Assembly: GCA_046538105.1 (NCBI GenBank)
Contig: JBKHJO010000003.1
Span: 4,418 to 68,417 of the forward strand
Source: Anaerolineales bacterium
GTDB taxonomy: Bacteria > Chloroflexota > Anaerolineae > UBA1429
Reading direction: 5' to 3'
DNA: 64,000 bases
Shown piece after piece: positions 1 to 9,797 of this stretch; positions within the stretch are counted from its first letter, which is position 1; each line of letters begins with the position of its first letter. A program made the translations under genes and the position numbers. Under the pieces are notes generated by a model, which was not told where the DNA came from, did no database searches, and worked only from the letters and a program-made list of their open reading frames with translations.

Positions 1-416
1 ATGTGATCCACCATGCCCTCTTCCCGAGCGCGCTTGGCCGCTGCCAGCGCCCCATCGGGCCGCGTGACCTGCTGCCACAGGTCCCAGTTCATCACGTTGT
101 GCAGTTGCCAGATATCAATCCTGTCGGTCTGCAGTTCCCGCAGGCTGGTCTCCAGGTCACGCATGGCCCCGTCGGCGTCGCGGGTGCCCGTCTTGGTGGC
201 GACGTAGCAGTCGTCCCGCCTCTCCTTCAGCACCAGGCCGATCTTTTGCTCGCTGTCGTTATAGTTTCGCGCCGTGTCGATAAAGTTGATTCCATGATCC
301 AGGGCATAGTTGAGGGTCTCGTAGGCCTGTTCCTCGCTCACATCCGGCAGTTTGATGGCCCCAAATCCGATATTCGATACTCTTAATCCCGTCTTTCCCA
401 AATCGCGGTATTGCAT
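1..416 (-). CDS. aldo/keto reductase (runs off window start)
   Basis: Not in the ORF track. My translation from ATG at 416 gives MQYRDLGKTGLRVSNIGFGA...GINFIDTARNY...SEQKIG...VATK...DIWQLH, the AKR D-Y-K-H pattern; SD GAAAGGAG upstream. Confidence 0.9.
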   Translation of the reverse strand, partial: MQYRDLGKTGLRVSNIGFGAIKLPDVSEEQAYETLNYALDHGINFIDTARNYNDSEQKIGLVLKERRDDCYVATKTGTRDADGAMRDLETSLRELQTDRIDIWQLHNVMNWDLWQQVTRPDGALAAAKRAREEGMVDH

Positions 417-464
417 AAGTGCTCCTTTCTCGTCTCCTGTTGGTTCTGAGGAATGGCGTGCTCG

Positions 465-1697
465 TTAGGCCAGGGCCCTCTCCATCTCTGGAAGTTGCTC
501 CTCCTCGGTCCCTTGCGTCTCGATATCGAACGAGGCATATTCCAGGAACCTGCTCAACCGGCGGGTCTCCTCAGCCACCAGAGCCACAATGTTGGGCGGC
601 AGCGGTTCGAACAGCCGCACCTGGATGTGTTCGTCCTGAGGTTGGGCATTCCAGATACCCACGATGTATCCATCCAACCACACCGTGCCCAGGGGCTCGC
701 CGACCCGATCAAAGACGCGCTCGCGGTATCGCCGGCTGAGGAAGCGGCTTGTGTCGCTGTAAGCCGTGGGATATGTGTCGTGTGGCGGCAGCAGCGCCAC
801 GTCGTGTTCCTCATACGTATAGGACTGGAGCGCTTCCACCTCTTCCACGTGCATAAAGTACACTCTCTGGGACTTGGCCATCTGCACGCGGGTCAATTCA
901 TCGCCCAGGGCCATCAGCGCCCCCACCACCTGGCGTCTGGCGTATCCCCCCAACCACAACGATATATCCCCCACGGTGGCGGGACCAAAAGCCTTTATAT
1001 AGCCACTTACAACGTACCGTAGGGCCTCTCTGGCCGAAAGGCCTTCCAGATCGAGCCCCGGCAACCAGGAGGACAGCGCCTCATAGGTATAGAGTTGGCT
1101 GCGCCATCCGCCGCGTGGCCTGGCGCGTACCAGTATGCCCTGGGCACATATGGCGGGAATGAGTTGGGTTCCCAACTTGCTGTAGCCCAGTTCGGGGTAA
1201 TCTGGGTCGTGATAGACTCGGGTTCCCAGGACGGGCAGGAGCTCTGTCAACTCGGCGATGGTATGCCCACCCTGAGAACTTATTACCTCCAGCACACGCT
1301 GGATCAGCGTCTCGTCGCATAGATCATAGTTGACCTCGCATTCTTTATCCGTCCTGGAGAAGAAACGGGTCAGATCCTCCAGCCCCTGCTGGAAAAAGGG
1401 TTTTGTCAACTGGTAATAGGCAGGATAGTCCTCCACGGGAACCAAGTATAGTTGTCCCCGCATGCAGGGAACGCGCAGCAGAGAGCGTTCCTCGTACAGA
1501 GCCTCGTCCAGATTCTCCCGTCTGAAATCCCTCATACGGGCCCAGAGGGAGAGATAGGGGACGGTGGGACGGGTGGCCCCGATGGGGCCTATGTCCCGTA
1601 CCAGGGAAGAGATGTGTCTATCGTCTGCTTTTACTGTCAGATGTTGCTTGTGAAATAGATAATGGTTAACTTTGGCTATGGGAAAACGTATAGGCAT
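465..1697 (-). CDS. winged-helix HTH_42 (AlkZ/YcaQ-like) family protein
   Basis: PYLSLWAR, CMRGQLY, YIKAFGPATVGDISLWLG, LLPPHD and GYIVGIW motifs typical of the family. Confidence 0.75.
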   Translation of the reverse strand: MPIRFPIAKVNHYLFHKQHLTVKADDRHISSLVRDIGPIGATRPTVPYLSLWARMRDFRRENLDEALYEERSLLRVPCMRGQLYLVPVEDYPAYYQLTKPFFQQGLEDLTRFFSRTDKECEVNYDLCDETLIQRVLEVISSQGGHTIAELTELLPVLGTRVYHDPDYPELGYSKLGTQLIPAICAQGILVRARPRGGWRSQLYTYEALSSWLPGLDLEGLSAREALRYVVSGYIKAFGPATVGDISLWLGGYARRQVVGALMALGDELTRVQMAKSQRVYFMHVEEVEALQSYTYEEHDVALLPPHDTYPTAYSDTSRFLSRRYRERVFDRVGEPLGTVWLDGYIVGIWNAQPQDEHIQVRLFEPLPPNIVALVAEETRRLSRFLEYASFDIETQGTEEEQLPEMERALA

Positions 1698-1757
1698 TTC
1701 TCTCCATTCGGATAGGATGCCGGTTGTATTCTCGATGTGCGCCCGACAGATGATGGG

Positions 1758-2279
1758 CTATCGCTTTGTCGCCTCTGTCTCATGAAAGCAAAAGATCATC
1801 TCTCCCGAGGAGGACGGTGTATAATGTGCATACAACGGTTCTTCCCCCTCGGAACGGGAAAGGAGACGTGGCAGGAGCATGGGGAGATCGGGCACCATCT
1901 CTGACCAGGGGAGGCGATCCAGAGGATACCATTCCAACTCTCCCTCGGCACCGGTGCCAAGGTCGGCCGAGGGAAGATTACCCACAAAGACAAATAGGAT
2001 TACCCCTGAATTGGAGGTACCGCACACGTGAACGATGCCCCGCAACGAGAGGTCGTTTGCCTCACGGCCCACCTCCTCGCGAGTTTCGCGGTGTGCACTG
2101 GACAGGATGTCCTCCCTCGCCTCCACATGTCCCCCCAGGCCATTTAGTTTCCCCGGCCAGGGCCGTTTCTCCGCGCCACGGCGTACAAGCAACAGATTCC
2201 TATCATGAGTGAGGAAACTCAGTGTGCGGGGGATGACACCGTAGCGAGTGTTCGTCGCGTGCTGATCTCGCCATCGCAT
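1758..2279 (-). CDS. NUDIX hydrolase
   Basis: Nudix box GGHVEAREDILSSAHRETREEVG. Confidence 0.85.
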   Translation of the reverse strand: MRWRDQHATNTRYGVIPRTLSFLTHDRNLLLVRRGAEKRPWPGKLNGLGGHVEAREDILSSAHRETREEVGREANDLSLRGIVHVCGTSNSGVILFVFVGNLPSADLGTGAEGELEWYPLDRLPWSEMVPDLPMLLPRLLSRSEGEEPLYAHYTPSSSGEMIFCFHETEATKR

Positions 2280-2482
2280 GCTACGGGCTCCTTTGCTCCA
2301 TGACCGCATCTCAAAGAGCCACTCTTTATTTTAGCACAGAGGACATGGGGGGGCAAACCCCCTTGGTGCTTTTTTGACGCCCTTTGTTGTGCGGGGTAAG
2401 ATAGCGAGGAATGTTATCATGTAATGGGAAGTTTTTGTCTCCTAAATTGGCGCATGGTCACGGCGGTGGAAAGGCCATCCCT

Positions 2483-4006
2483 ATGCGAGATCGCCTGTTC
2501 GCGATGTTGTCTCTGATCCTGATCTTGCTCCTCGTTTTCCCCGGCGTCGCCAGCGCCGATACGCTGGATCGGGCCGCACAGGCTCCCACGTTCACCTATG
2601 TTCTCCTCTCCTGGCTTATGCCTCTGGGCATTACCCTGGTAGCCATCGGCCTCAACGCGCCCTCCCGAACGCGCCGCGTCATCAACTCGCTGCCCCTGGC
2701 CCTGGCCGTCGCGCTGCTCGCTTATACTCTGTGCGGCTATGCCTTTCAGTTCGGTGGTGTGGGACTGATCGTCGATGATCCCGATGTGGCGGAACTCATC
2801 GCTGAATGGTCCCCACTGGATCGGCATCTGGGTCCCGGCTGGGGATTGGTGGGCCTGAGGGGTTTTCTTTTTTCACCGGATAACAGCACGACGATGGAGC
2901 GCATCCTCTTTACCTCTCAACTGGCTTTTCTCACCACTACGGTGCTCATTCCCCTCATCACCCTCTATGAGCGCGTCGGTGGTCTGGTACGCTTCTGCCT
3001 CGCCCTACTGGCCGCCTGCTTCTGCTATCCGCTGATGGGCAACTGGGTTTATGGTGGGGGCTGGCTTTCGCAGATGGGAGAGACGCTGGATTGGGGACAG
3101 GGATTCTTGGACCATGGGCTGGCCTCGGCGCACCTCATCGGTGCGGGGCTGGCCCTGGCGGGGCTTGTCGCCTTTCGGCCTCGTCCATCAGAGGCGAGGG
3201 ACGAGGATGCGCCCCAATTGCCCCCCGTCCATCTGCCGCTCGTGCTGCTCATCGGCGCTCTGCTGGCCCTCGTGGGATGGATAGCCGCTGTGCTCTCCTT
3301 TCCCCTAATCGCGTCGTCGGCCTCTCCCTGGACCCTGTTCCTGAATGTCCTGTGGGGCATAACAGGTTCGGTTTTCGCCTCCCTCCTTTACGGCTGGTTT
3401 GCCCGTGGAGAGGCGGACCCCGGGCTGACGGCGCGGGGGATGCTGGCGGGGCAGATCGCCGTCAGCGCCGGGATTTTGGTCTTTTCCCCATGGCAGGCCG
3501 CGCTCGTCGGTTTCGTGGGCGGGCTGCTGCTGGCACCCGTGATGTATCTCGTGGGGCATATCTGGAGATTGGAGGATCGGGGCGCTGCCGTAAGCGTTCA
3601 CGGTTTCTGCGCTCTTGTTGGCGTCCTGGCCGTGGGTTTATTCGCGCACCCCGGTGCAGAAAGAGCGGGGCAGATATATGCCCAATTCGTCGGCGCGGGC
3701 TCTCTTCTGTGTCTTTCACTCCTGTTGCCCGGCGCGCTGCTAGTGCTCATCGTGCGCCTGCAGACCCTGCCCAAGGATCTTGGTGAGCGTGCAAGGGAAC
3801 GCGCCCTGGCCCTTGAGCGAGAGCGCGCCGCCCGCGAACGGCTGCGGCAACGGGGCCTCTCCCTGACCCTTTGGCAGAGGGTACGCATGGGCTATCTGCA
3901 TACCATCGCCGCTTCCGCCAGGAGACTGGCCAGGAGATCGCGGTTGACCACGGAAAAAAGGGAGAGGCGCCACGTTTGCGGGGCAGGTACTGGACAGGAA
4001 GGCTAG
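2483..4006 (+). CDS. divergent ammonium transporter (Amt family) with Arg-rich C-terminal tail
   Basis: About 11 hydrophobic segments; GYAFQFG, YPLMGNWVYGGGWL, FLDHG...AH, GMLAGQIAVSAG, EDRGAAVSVHG. Confidence 0.75.
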   Translation: MRDRLFAMLSLILILLLVFPGVASADTLDRAAQAPTFTYVLLSWLMPLGITLVAIGLNAPSRTRRVINSLPLALAVALLAYTLCGYAFQFGGVGLIVDDPDVAELIAEWSPLDRHLGPGWGLVGLRGFLFSPDNSTTMERILFTSQLAFLTTTVLIPLITLYERVGGLVRFCLALLAACFCYPLMGNWVYGGGWLSQMGETLDWGQGFLDHGLASAHLIGAGLALAGLVAFRPRPSEARDEDAPQLPPVHLPLVLLIGALLALVGWIAAVLSFPLIASSASPWTLFLNVLWGITGSVFASLLYGWFARGEADPGLTARGMLAGQIAVSAGILVFSPWQAALVGFVGGLLLAPVMYLVGHIWRLEDRGAAVSVHGFCALVGVLAVGLFAHPGAERAGQIYAQFVGAGSLLCLSLLLPGALLVLIVRLQTLPKDLGERARERALALERERAARERLRQRGLSLTLWQRVRMGYLHTIAASARRLARRSRLTTEKRERRHVCGAGTGQEG

Positions 4007-4596
4007 CCTCGCCGTCCCTTTAAGGGGATGTGGCAGAGTTCCGTATAGACGGCTCCCGTCGGTTGCAGATCGCTCTTCATGACGCTCACGGCGTCCACCC
4101 GCATTCCCCCTATCTTCTCGGAAGGGGCCTCCTCTGCCATCTGGCCCAGGGCCCTGACGTCCTCAAAGCGCGCACCCCTTTGGATGCGGGCGAGGGTCAG
4201 GTGGGGGGTGAAGGCGTGCCGCTCCTCGGGGAATCCCAGGGCCACCATCTCGCGCTCCACCGCCTGCTGCAGGTTGCATAGCGCATCCACCTCTCCCTCC
4301 ACGCCGGCCCAGAGAACGCGAGGACGTCTGGTATCGGGAAAGCATCCCAAACCCGCTATGGTCACAGAAAAAGGCGAATATTTCTCGCATGCGCGGCGCA
4401 CTCTTTCACAGACCTGATCTATCCTTTCCTCCGGGATATCCCCCAGAAACTTGAGGGTCAGGTGGATGCTCCCTTTCCTTACCCAGCGTCCGGCCCTTTC
4501 TCCCCGGCTCTGCTTGAGGTGCCCCTGCAGTCTTGCCAGTGCGTCGAGGGCGTCCTCTGTGAGTTCGATGGCGATAAAGGTTCGAATAGAGGCCAT
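4003..4596 (-). CDS. thpR: RNA 2',3'-cyclic phosphodiesterase (2H family)
   Basis: RTFIAI start, two HLTL motifs, PRVLWAG. Confidence 0.9.
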   Translation of the reverse strand: MASIRTFIAIELTEDALDALARLQGHLKQSRGERAGRWVRKGSIHLTLKFLGDIPEERIDQVCERVRRACEKYSPFSVTIAGLGCFPDTRRPRVLWAGVEGEVDALCNLQQAVEREMVALGFPEERHAFTPHLTLARIQRGARFEDVRALGQMAEEAPSEKIGGMRVDAVSVMKSDLQPTGAVYTELCHIPLKGRRG

Positions 4597-4615
4597 GGAC
4601 GACTCCTTTTTCCCT

Positions 4616-5452
4616 TCAGGTTAACAGGTTGATAGCGTTCTCTCTCAACACCTTGCGCTTTGCTACGGGATCCAATCCCGCTCTTTCCATATAGCGCAAA
4701 AAGCGCCGCGGCCCGATAAGGGGATAATCAGTACCAAAGAGGATTTTACTCGGAATCCATCGCGTGACATGCCTGAAAATATCGGCCTCATAGAGGTAGG
4801 GCGAGGCAGCCGTGTCGTAGTAGACGTTCCGCAGCGCATCACGGACCTCGGGCATCATCTCGTAAAAGGGCAGTCCCCCTCCCCAATGGGCCAATATGAT
4901 GACATTATCCGGAAATCGCTTAGCCAGGGCAAAGGCTTCTCGCGGGCCCTGTTTGCCTTTGCCCGCATATATATGCCCCACCGGCTCCGCCACGTGGAAC
5001 AGTACCGGCACCTCAAACGTCTTTGCCAGGCGCATGAGGGGTGTCAGGAGGTCAAAATCCCTCAGATCGAATCCCTGCCCATCGGACAAGAGTTCCCCAA
5101 TGCCCCTGGCGCCCCGTTCCAGGCAGCGGCGCGCCTCCATTATAGCCTTCCTACCAACTCGAGGGGGCACCTGAACAAAGGGGATCAGGCGTTCTTTGTG
5201 TTCGGCCGCAGCATCCAGCACGTACGCGTTACAGTCCTGGCACAGGGCAAGATCTGCAAAGGCGAACCCAAAGGTGATGGCTTTTTCGACGCCCCCTTGA
5301 TCCATGCTCCTCAACAGGTCGTCGACGTCAGCCATGCGGGCTTGGGGAGTGGCATACAGTTGATTGAACCAGCGATCATATTTCCGATATCTATCACGCT
5401 CAGCGATGATGTCGGGAGGAAAGATGTGCGTATGACAATCTATTATTCGCAT
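4616..5452 (-). CDS. amidohydrolase_2 family protein
   Basis: IIDCHTH, GIGEL, ILAHWGGG, YYDTAA, LFGTDYP. Confidence 0.85.
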   Translation of the reverse strand: MRIIDCHTHIFPPDIIAERDRYRKYDRWFNQLYATPQARMADVDDLLRSMDQGGVEKAITFGFAFADLALCQDCNAYVLDAAAEHKERLIPFVQVPPRVGRKAIMEARRCLERGARGIGELLSDGQGFDLRDFDLLTPLMRLAKTFEVPVLFHVAEPVGHIYAGKGKQGPREAFALAKRFPDNVIILAHWGGGLPFYEMMPEVRDALRNVYYDTAASPYLYEADIFRHVTRWIPSKILFGTDYPLIGPRRFLRYMERAGLDPVAKRKVLRENAINLLT

Positions 5453-5527
5453 ACGTTCATTCTCCCCCGACTGCGTTACACTGTCAAGTTTCTGGACAGG
5501 TGATTGCATTCACGGTATAGTTATGGT

Positions 5528-6469
5528 ATGAATCTACGACTTGTATACAATCCGGTAGCCGGGCAACACGATGTGGAGGAACCGCTGCGGCAGGTTGTCA
5601 ATTTTCTCGAATCCCAGGGCTCAGAAGTTTCTGTGTCCCGCACGCGGGAGTCGGGAGACGCCGCGGCCTATGCCCGCGCGGCCGCGGATGAGGGTAGCGA
5701 TATAGTGGTGGCCGTCGGTGGGGATGGTACGCTGGGAGAGGTGGCCACGGGTCTTGCGAGATCCAACAGTGCACTTGGCGTTTTGCCGGTGGGCACGGGC
5801 AACGTCTGGGCACACATGTTGGGGATTCCCGTATGGACCCCCAACCATCGTTCGGCATTGTTGGAAGCGGCGCATATCTTGGTGGAGGGCAAGAGGGTTC
5901 CCATCGATCTGGGGCAGGTGGAAGATCGCTACTTTGTCCTGTGGACGGGCGTGGGATTCGATGCCCAGATCGCTCACGAAGTCGAACCACAACGGGAACT
6001 CCGCCGTCAACTTGGCAATCTGGCGTATTTCATATCCGCTCTGAGCCTCGGCCTGCAACTGCGCGGCACCCGGACGACAATTTCCGTGGATGGGGACACG
6101 GTGCAGCAGCGGGCCATTCTCGTTCTGGTGACCAACGTGCAGTTTTATGGAGGGACCTGGCGCGTTGCCCCCCAGGCAAAACTGGACGACGGCCTTTTAG
6201 AAGTGTATGTTTTCAAGGGGGGAAATGCTCTGGATGTGGCGCGCCACGTGATCTCTGTGCTGCAGGGCAAGCAGTTGGAGGACCCCGAGATCGACGTGTA
6301 CCGCGGAAAGCAGATAACGGTACAAGGCGAGGAGACCTTGCCCGTACACGTGGATGGCGATCCGTCGGGCTACACGCCGGTCACGATCTCGGTGGCAAGC
6401 AAGGCCTTGCAGGTTATCGTTCCTTCCCAGGGATGCGAGTCCCTGTTTGAGGGCTTGGCCGTCCAATAA
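5528..6469 (+). CDS. diacylglycerol kinase family lipid kinase (YegS/DagK-like)
   Basis: NPVAG, GGDGT, PVGTGN, GVGFDA, LDDGLLEV, VDGD. Confidence 0.9.
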   Translation: MNLRLVYNPVAGQHDVEEPLRQVVNFLESQGSEVSVSRTRESGDAAAYARAAADEGSDIVVAVGGDGTLGEVATGLARSNSALGVLPVGTGNVWAHMLGIPVWTPNHRSALLEAAHILVEGKRVPIDLGQVEDRYFVLWTGVGFDAQIAHEVEPQRELRRQLGNLAYFISALSLGLQLRGTRTTISVDGDTVQQRAILVLVTNVQFYGGTWRVAPQAKLDDGLLEVYVFKGGNALDVARHVISVLQGKQLEDPEIDVYRGKQITVQGEETLPVHVDGDPSGYTPVTISVASKALQVIVPSQGCESLFEGLAVQ

Positions 6470-6621
6470 CGAGAGCCTTTCCCTGGGAGAACGCATCCTG
6501 GACAATCTGCGTCAGGGGCGAGAACGTTTTCTGGGGATGGAGGAGAATTGAGGGCATCCCCTTTTTGCTGTACTGCGCGCGGCGGTGGCGACGTATATGG
6601 CATGGATGCGAAAAAGCCCGC

Positions 6622-6655
6622 TTGACAGGGAAATAGTCTGTGATATAATTCACAA
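6622..6655 (+). promoter_or_regulatory. sigma-70 promoter of the hydrogenase operon with overlapping Rex-like operator
   Basis: TTGACA (6622-6627), 16 nt, TGnTATAAT (-10 at 6644-6649); CTGTGATATAATTCACAA (6638-6655) matches TTGTGAA-N4-TTCACAA with 2 mismatches. Confidence 0.75.
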
Positions 6656-6723
6656 TGTCTGAGAGTTCATTTTGCATAATATTATATCGTTTATCCTAAG
6701 GTGTTATCGGGTTGATCTGACAC

Positions 6724-7116
6724 ATGCTTTTGGAAAAGGTGCTTTCCGTTCTTGACTGTAAATCCATTTCACATGAGGTGGACCCAACCCTTTATGTGGA
6801 GAGAGGGGCTGCGGCGGATCTCATGAGTGACGTGCTGGCCATCAGCCACAGGAATGCCTTATTGCTGACCGGGTTGACCAACCCACAAGTAGTGCGGACG
6901 GCAGAGATGGCAGATATAAGAGCCGTGGTCTTTGTGCGGGGCAAGTATCCCCCACCCGAGACAATTGCCCTGGCGGAAGAAAAAGGGATCACCCTGCTCT
7001 CCTCCGTCTACACCATGTATGAGAGTTGTGGGCGCCTTTATCAGGCAGGATTGAGAGGAGAGGCTATATCCAATCAGGCCGCCGAGAGATGGCGTCAAGC
7101 CTTTGATGGGGATTAG
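6724..7116 (+). CDS. DRTGG domain protein
   Basis: AADLMSDVLA, LLTGLTNPQVVRTAEMAD, VFVRGK, YESCGRLY. Confidence 0.85.
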   Translation: MLLEKVLSVLDCKSISHEVDPTLYVERGAAADLMSDVLAISHRNALLLTGLTNPQVVRTAEMADIRAVVFVRGKYPPPETIALAEEKGITLLSSVYTMYESCGRLYQAGLRGEAISNQAAERWRQAFDGD

Positions 7117-7193
7117 CCAGGACCGGGGTCATGATCTTTGATATTCGCCCGCCGCTCTGGCGATGGGACGCTTTTTGGGGCGGGAGTTGATCT

Positions 7194-8108
7194 GTGGATC
7201 GGGTGCCGACAGAGTTTAGCAAGGTCCAGGAACTGGTCTACGAGCTTAAAATTGACCAGATCATGACCAAAGATGTCATCACCGTGACTCCCTACGCTTC
7301 CATGCGGGAGTTGAGGCGCATTCTGCGTGAGCGAGGCATCTCTGGTGTACCGGTGATGGAAGACGACGATCTCGTGGGCATAGTCGATCTGGAGGATGTG
7401 GTCAAGGCCCTGGAAGAGGGAGCCTTTGCAGACCCTGTATCCGAGAGGATGACCACCAACGTGCAGACCGTACGTGCCGACGAGACGGTGGTAAAAGCGG
7501 TTAACCTGTTCAGCATGTTCGATGTCGGTCGCTTGCCCGTTGTCGACGAAAAGGGAGAACTCGTCGGCGTCCTGACCAAGAGCGATATCGTTCGTGGCCT
7601 GCTCTGGCAGATGGGCGTGCGCTGGCAGGCCGAGGAGATCGAGCAGTATCGGGCAAGCCATATCTTTGAGGATATAGACTCTGACGAGACGACGCTGATC
7701 CTCAAGTACCATGTAGAGCCCCACGACTTTGTCAGCGGCGGTGAGGCTTCCAGCAAGATCAAGCGCGCCCTGAAGCGCCTGGGGGCACAGCCCAAACTTG
7801 TGCGGCGCGTCGCCCTGGCCTCGTATGAGGCAGAGATGAACGTGATGATTCACAGCGAGGGGGGAGAGATCGTCGCCGAGATAGGGACCGATCGCATAGA
7901 GATCACAGCGGCTGATAAAGGCCCTGGCATTGACGATGTCGCAAAGGCGTTGGAGCCGGGGTTTTCTACGGCACCGGATTGGATTCGAGAGTTGGGATTC
8001 GGGGCGGGCATGGGCTTGAGTAATATCAAAGCGTGCTCGGATGAGATGCACCTGGAGTCTGAGGTGGGAGTTGGCACGCAGTTGAGGATAATCTTTGATC
8101 TGGAATAG
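7194..8108 (+). CDS. CBS-pair + RsbT/anti-sigma-like Ser/Thr kinase (HATPase_c) fusion
   Basis: Two N-terminal CBS repeats (MTKDVITV..SGVPV; MTTNVQTV..GRLPVVD), then ASYEAEMNVMIH, DKGPGI, GFSTA, GFGAGMGL. Confidence 0.85.
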   Translation: MDRVPTEFSKVQELVYELKIDQIMTKDVITVTPYASMRELRRILRERGISGVPVMEDDDLVGIVDLEDVVKALEEGAFADPVSERMTTNVQTVRADETVVKAVNLFSMFDVGRLPVVDEKGELVGVLTKSDIVRGLLWQMGVRWQAEEIEQYRASHIFEDIDSDETTLILKYHVEPHDFVSGGEASSKIKRALKRLGAQPKLVRRVALASYEAEMNVMIHSEGGEIVAEIGTDRIEITAADKGPGIDDVAKALEPGFSTAPDWIRELGFGAGMGLSNIKACSDEMHLESEVGVGTQLRIIFDLE

Positions 8109-8124
8109 CCGGTAAAGGAGCAAG

Positions 8125-8484
8125 GTGACAGTTCAAGAGATCGTTGAGGCACTAGAACTGGAAGTTATCGCTGGCACATCTGGCCTGCACAGGGAGGTTA
8201 CAGGGGGATATGCCTCGGACCTGTTGAGCTGTGTGATAGCGGGCGCCAGTAAGGGAAATATCTGGATCACTTTGCAGGCTCATCCTAACATCGTCGCCGT
8301 GGCCGATTTGCTGGAACTGTCGTGCATCGTCGTCAGCGAGGGCATGGAACCCGACGAGGAGACGTTGGGACGGGCGAACGAGAGCGATATGCCTATCCTG
8401 CTCTCCGAGAAGAGCACCTTTACTCTGGTCGGTGAGTTGTTTCAGATGGGCATTCGCGAGTCGGAGGATACAGATCAGGCATAG
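8125..8484 (+). CDS. DRTGG domain protein
   Basis: GGYASDLLSCV, WITLQAHPNIVAVA. Confidence 0.85.
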   Translation: MTVQEIVEALELEVIAGTSGLHREVTGGYASDLLSCVIAGASKGNIWITLQAHPNIVAVADLLELSCIVVSEGMEPDEETLGRANESDMPILLSEKSTFTLVGELFQMGIRESEDTDQA

Positions 8485-8487
8485 AGT

Positions 8488-9228
8488 ATGCAGATCCTGC
8501 TGGCGGATCTACACGTGCATACGGTTCTATCTCCCTGTGCGGAAATCGAGATGATCCCCCCCCTCATCATCAAGAGAGGGCAGGAACTGGGATTGCATAT
8601 GATGGCCATCACGGATCACAATGCAGCAGGGAATGTTATGGCCGTGGAGCGTGCAGCAAAAGGCAGCGGCATCACCATCATTCCCGGTATGGAACTGCAG
8701 ACGAAGGAAGAGGTACATCTGTTGTGCCTTTTTGACACCGCGGAACAGGCACTTGCCTGGCAGGAGATTGTATTCGCACATCTTTCAGCGCGAAAGAACG
8801 AACCAGAGTTTTTTGGCGTGCAACTCCTCGTCGACGAGACGGGCGATCTGCTGGGCAGAAACGAGCGGTTACTTTTAACGTCCGCGGATCTGTCCATTGA
8901 CGAGGCGGTCGAAAGAGTGCGCGAGATGGGAGGACTACCCATCGCCGCGCACGTGGATCGACGCGCCTACAGCCTGTTAGCCAATTTGGGCGTCGTACCA
9001 GAAGGGTTGAATGTGGCGGCTCTGGAGATTTCGAGACAGAGCGCTCCAGAGGATTTTCTGGGCGCACACGAGGAGTTGCGAGGGTGGCCCATGATCGTGT
9101 CAAGCGACGCACATCGCTTGAGCGAGTTGTCCGCCAATATGCGCTTTCGCCTGCGGGAGCCATCTGTCCACGAGATAGAGTTGGCTCTAGAGCAGAGAGA
9201 GGGACGCCGGGCCGAGGTGCTGGCCTGA
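8488..9228 (+). CDS. PHP domain phosphoesterase
   Basis: DLHVHTVLSPC, AITDHN, PGME, EEVH, AHVDR, SSDAH. Confidence 0.9.
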   Translation: MQILLADLHVHTVLSPCAEIEMIPPLIIKRGQELGLHMMAITDHNAAGNVMAVERAAKGSGITIIPGMELQTKEEVHLLCLFDTAEQALAWQEIVFAHLSARKNEPEFFGVQLLVDETGDLLGRNERLLLTSADLSIDEAVERVREMGGLPIAAHVDRRAYSLLANLGVVPEGLNVAALEISRQSAPEDFLGAHEELRGWPMIVSSDAHRLSELSANMRFRLREPSVHEIELALEQREGRRAEVLA

Positions 9229-9302
9229 TCTCAAAGGCCAAATTGCCCGTTGGCTTTTTGGATGAATGTAGGAATGATCATACATCTGTTGGAGGAATTG
9301 AC

Positions 9303-9797
9303 GTGGTAGCAGACGTTACAGAGACCGAGACCTACGAAGAAGAACTGGATTTGGCCCCGCTTGATGAGGCCCTGGATACATATGCAGAGGAGGAGGGGAC
9401 ACTGATCGCCGCGCTTCAGACAGCCCAGGAGTTATACGGCTATCTTCCGGAGCCTATTTTGCGACGGATAGCCCAGCGGCTCGATGCGTCCCTCAGTCAG
9501 GTCTACGAGGTGGCCACTTTTTATGCTCAGTTTTATCTGGAGCGAAGGGGACGACACACGGTGCGCGTCTGTGATGGCACGGCCTGTCACGTCCGTGGAG
9601 CACCCAAAATCATCAGGGCCCTGGAGCGAGAGTTGGGCATTGAGGCGGGCGAGACGACGCCCGATTATCGGGTGACGTTGGAAGTGGTGTACTGTCTGGG
9701 ATCCTGTGGGCTCTCGCCGGTCGCCGTTATCGACGGCGATGTGATCGGCCGGCTGATTCCCGAAAAGGCTGTGGAACTGGTGAACGAACTGGAATAA
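9303..9797 (+). CDS. NuoE/HydC/HoxE-like [2Fe-2S] subunit
   Basis: CDGTAC...CLGSC, VATFY; SD GGAGG before GTG at 9303. Confidence 0.9.
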   Translation: MVADVTETETYEEELDLAPLDEALDTYAEEEGTLIAALQTAQELYGYLPEPILRRIAQRLDASLSQVYEVATFYAQFYLERRGRHTVRVCDGTACHVRGAPKIIRALERELGIEAGETTPDYRVTLEVVYCLGSCGLSPVAVIDGDVIGRLIPEKAVELVNELE

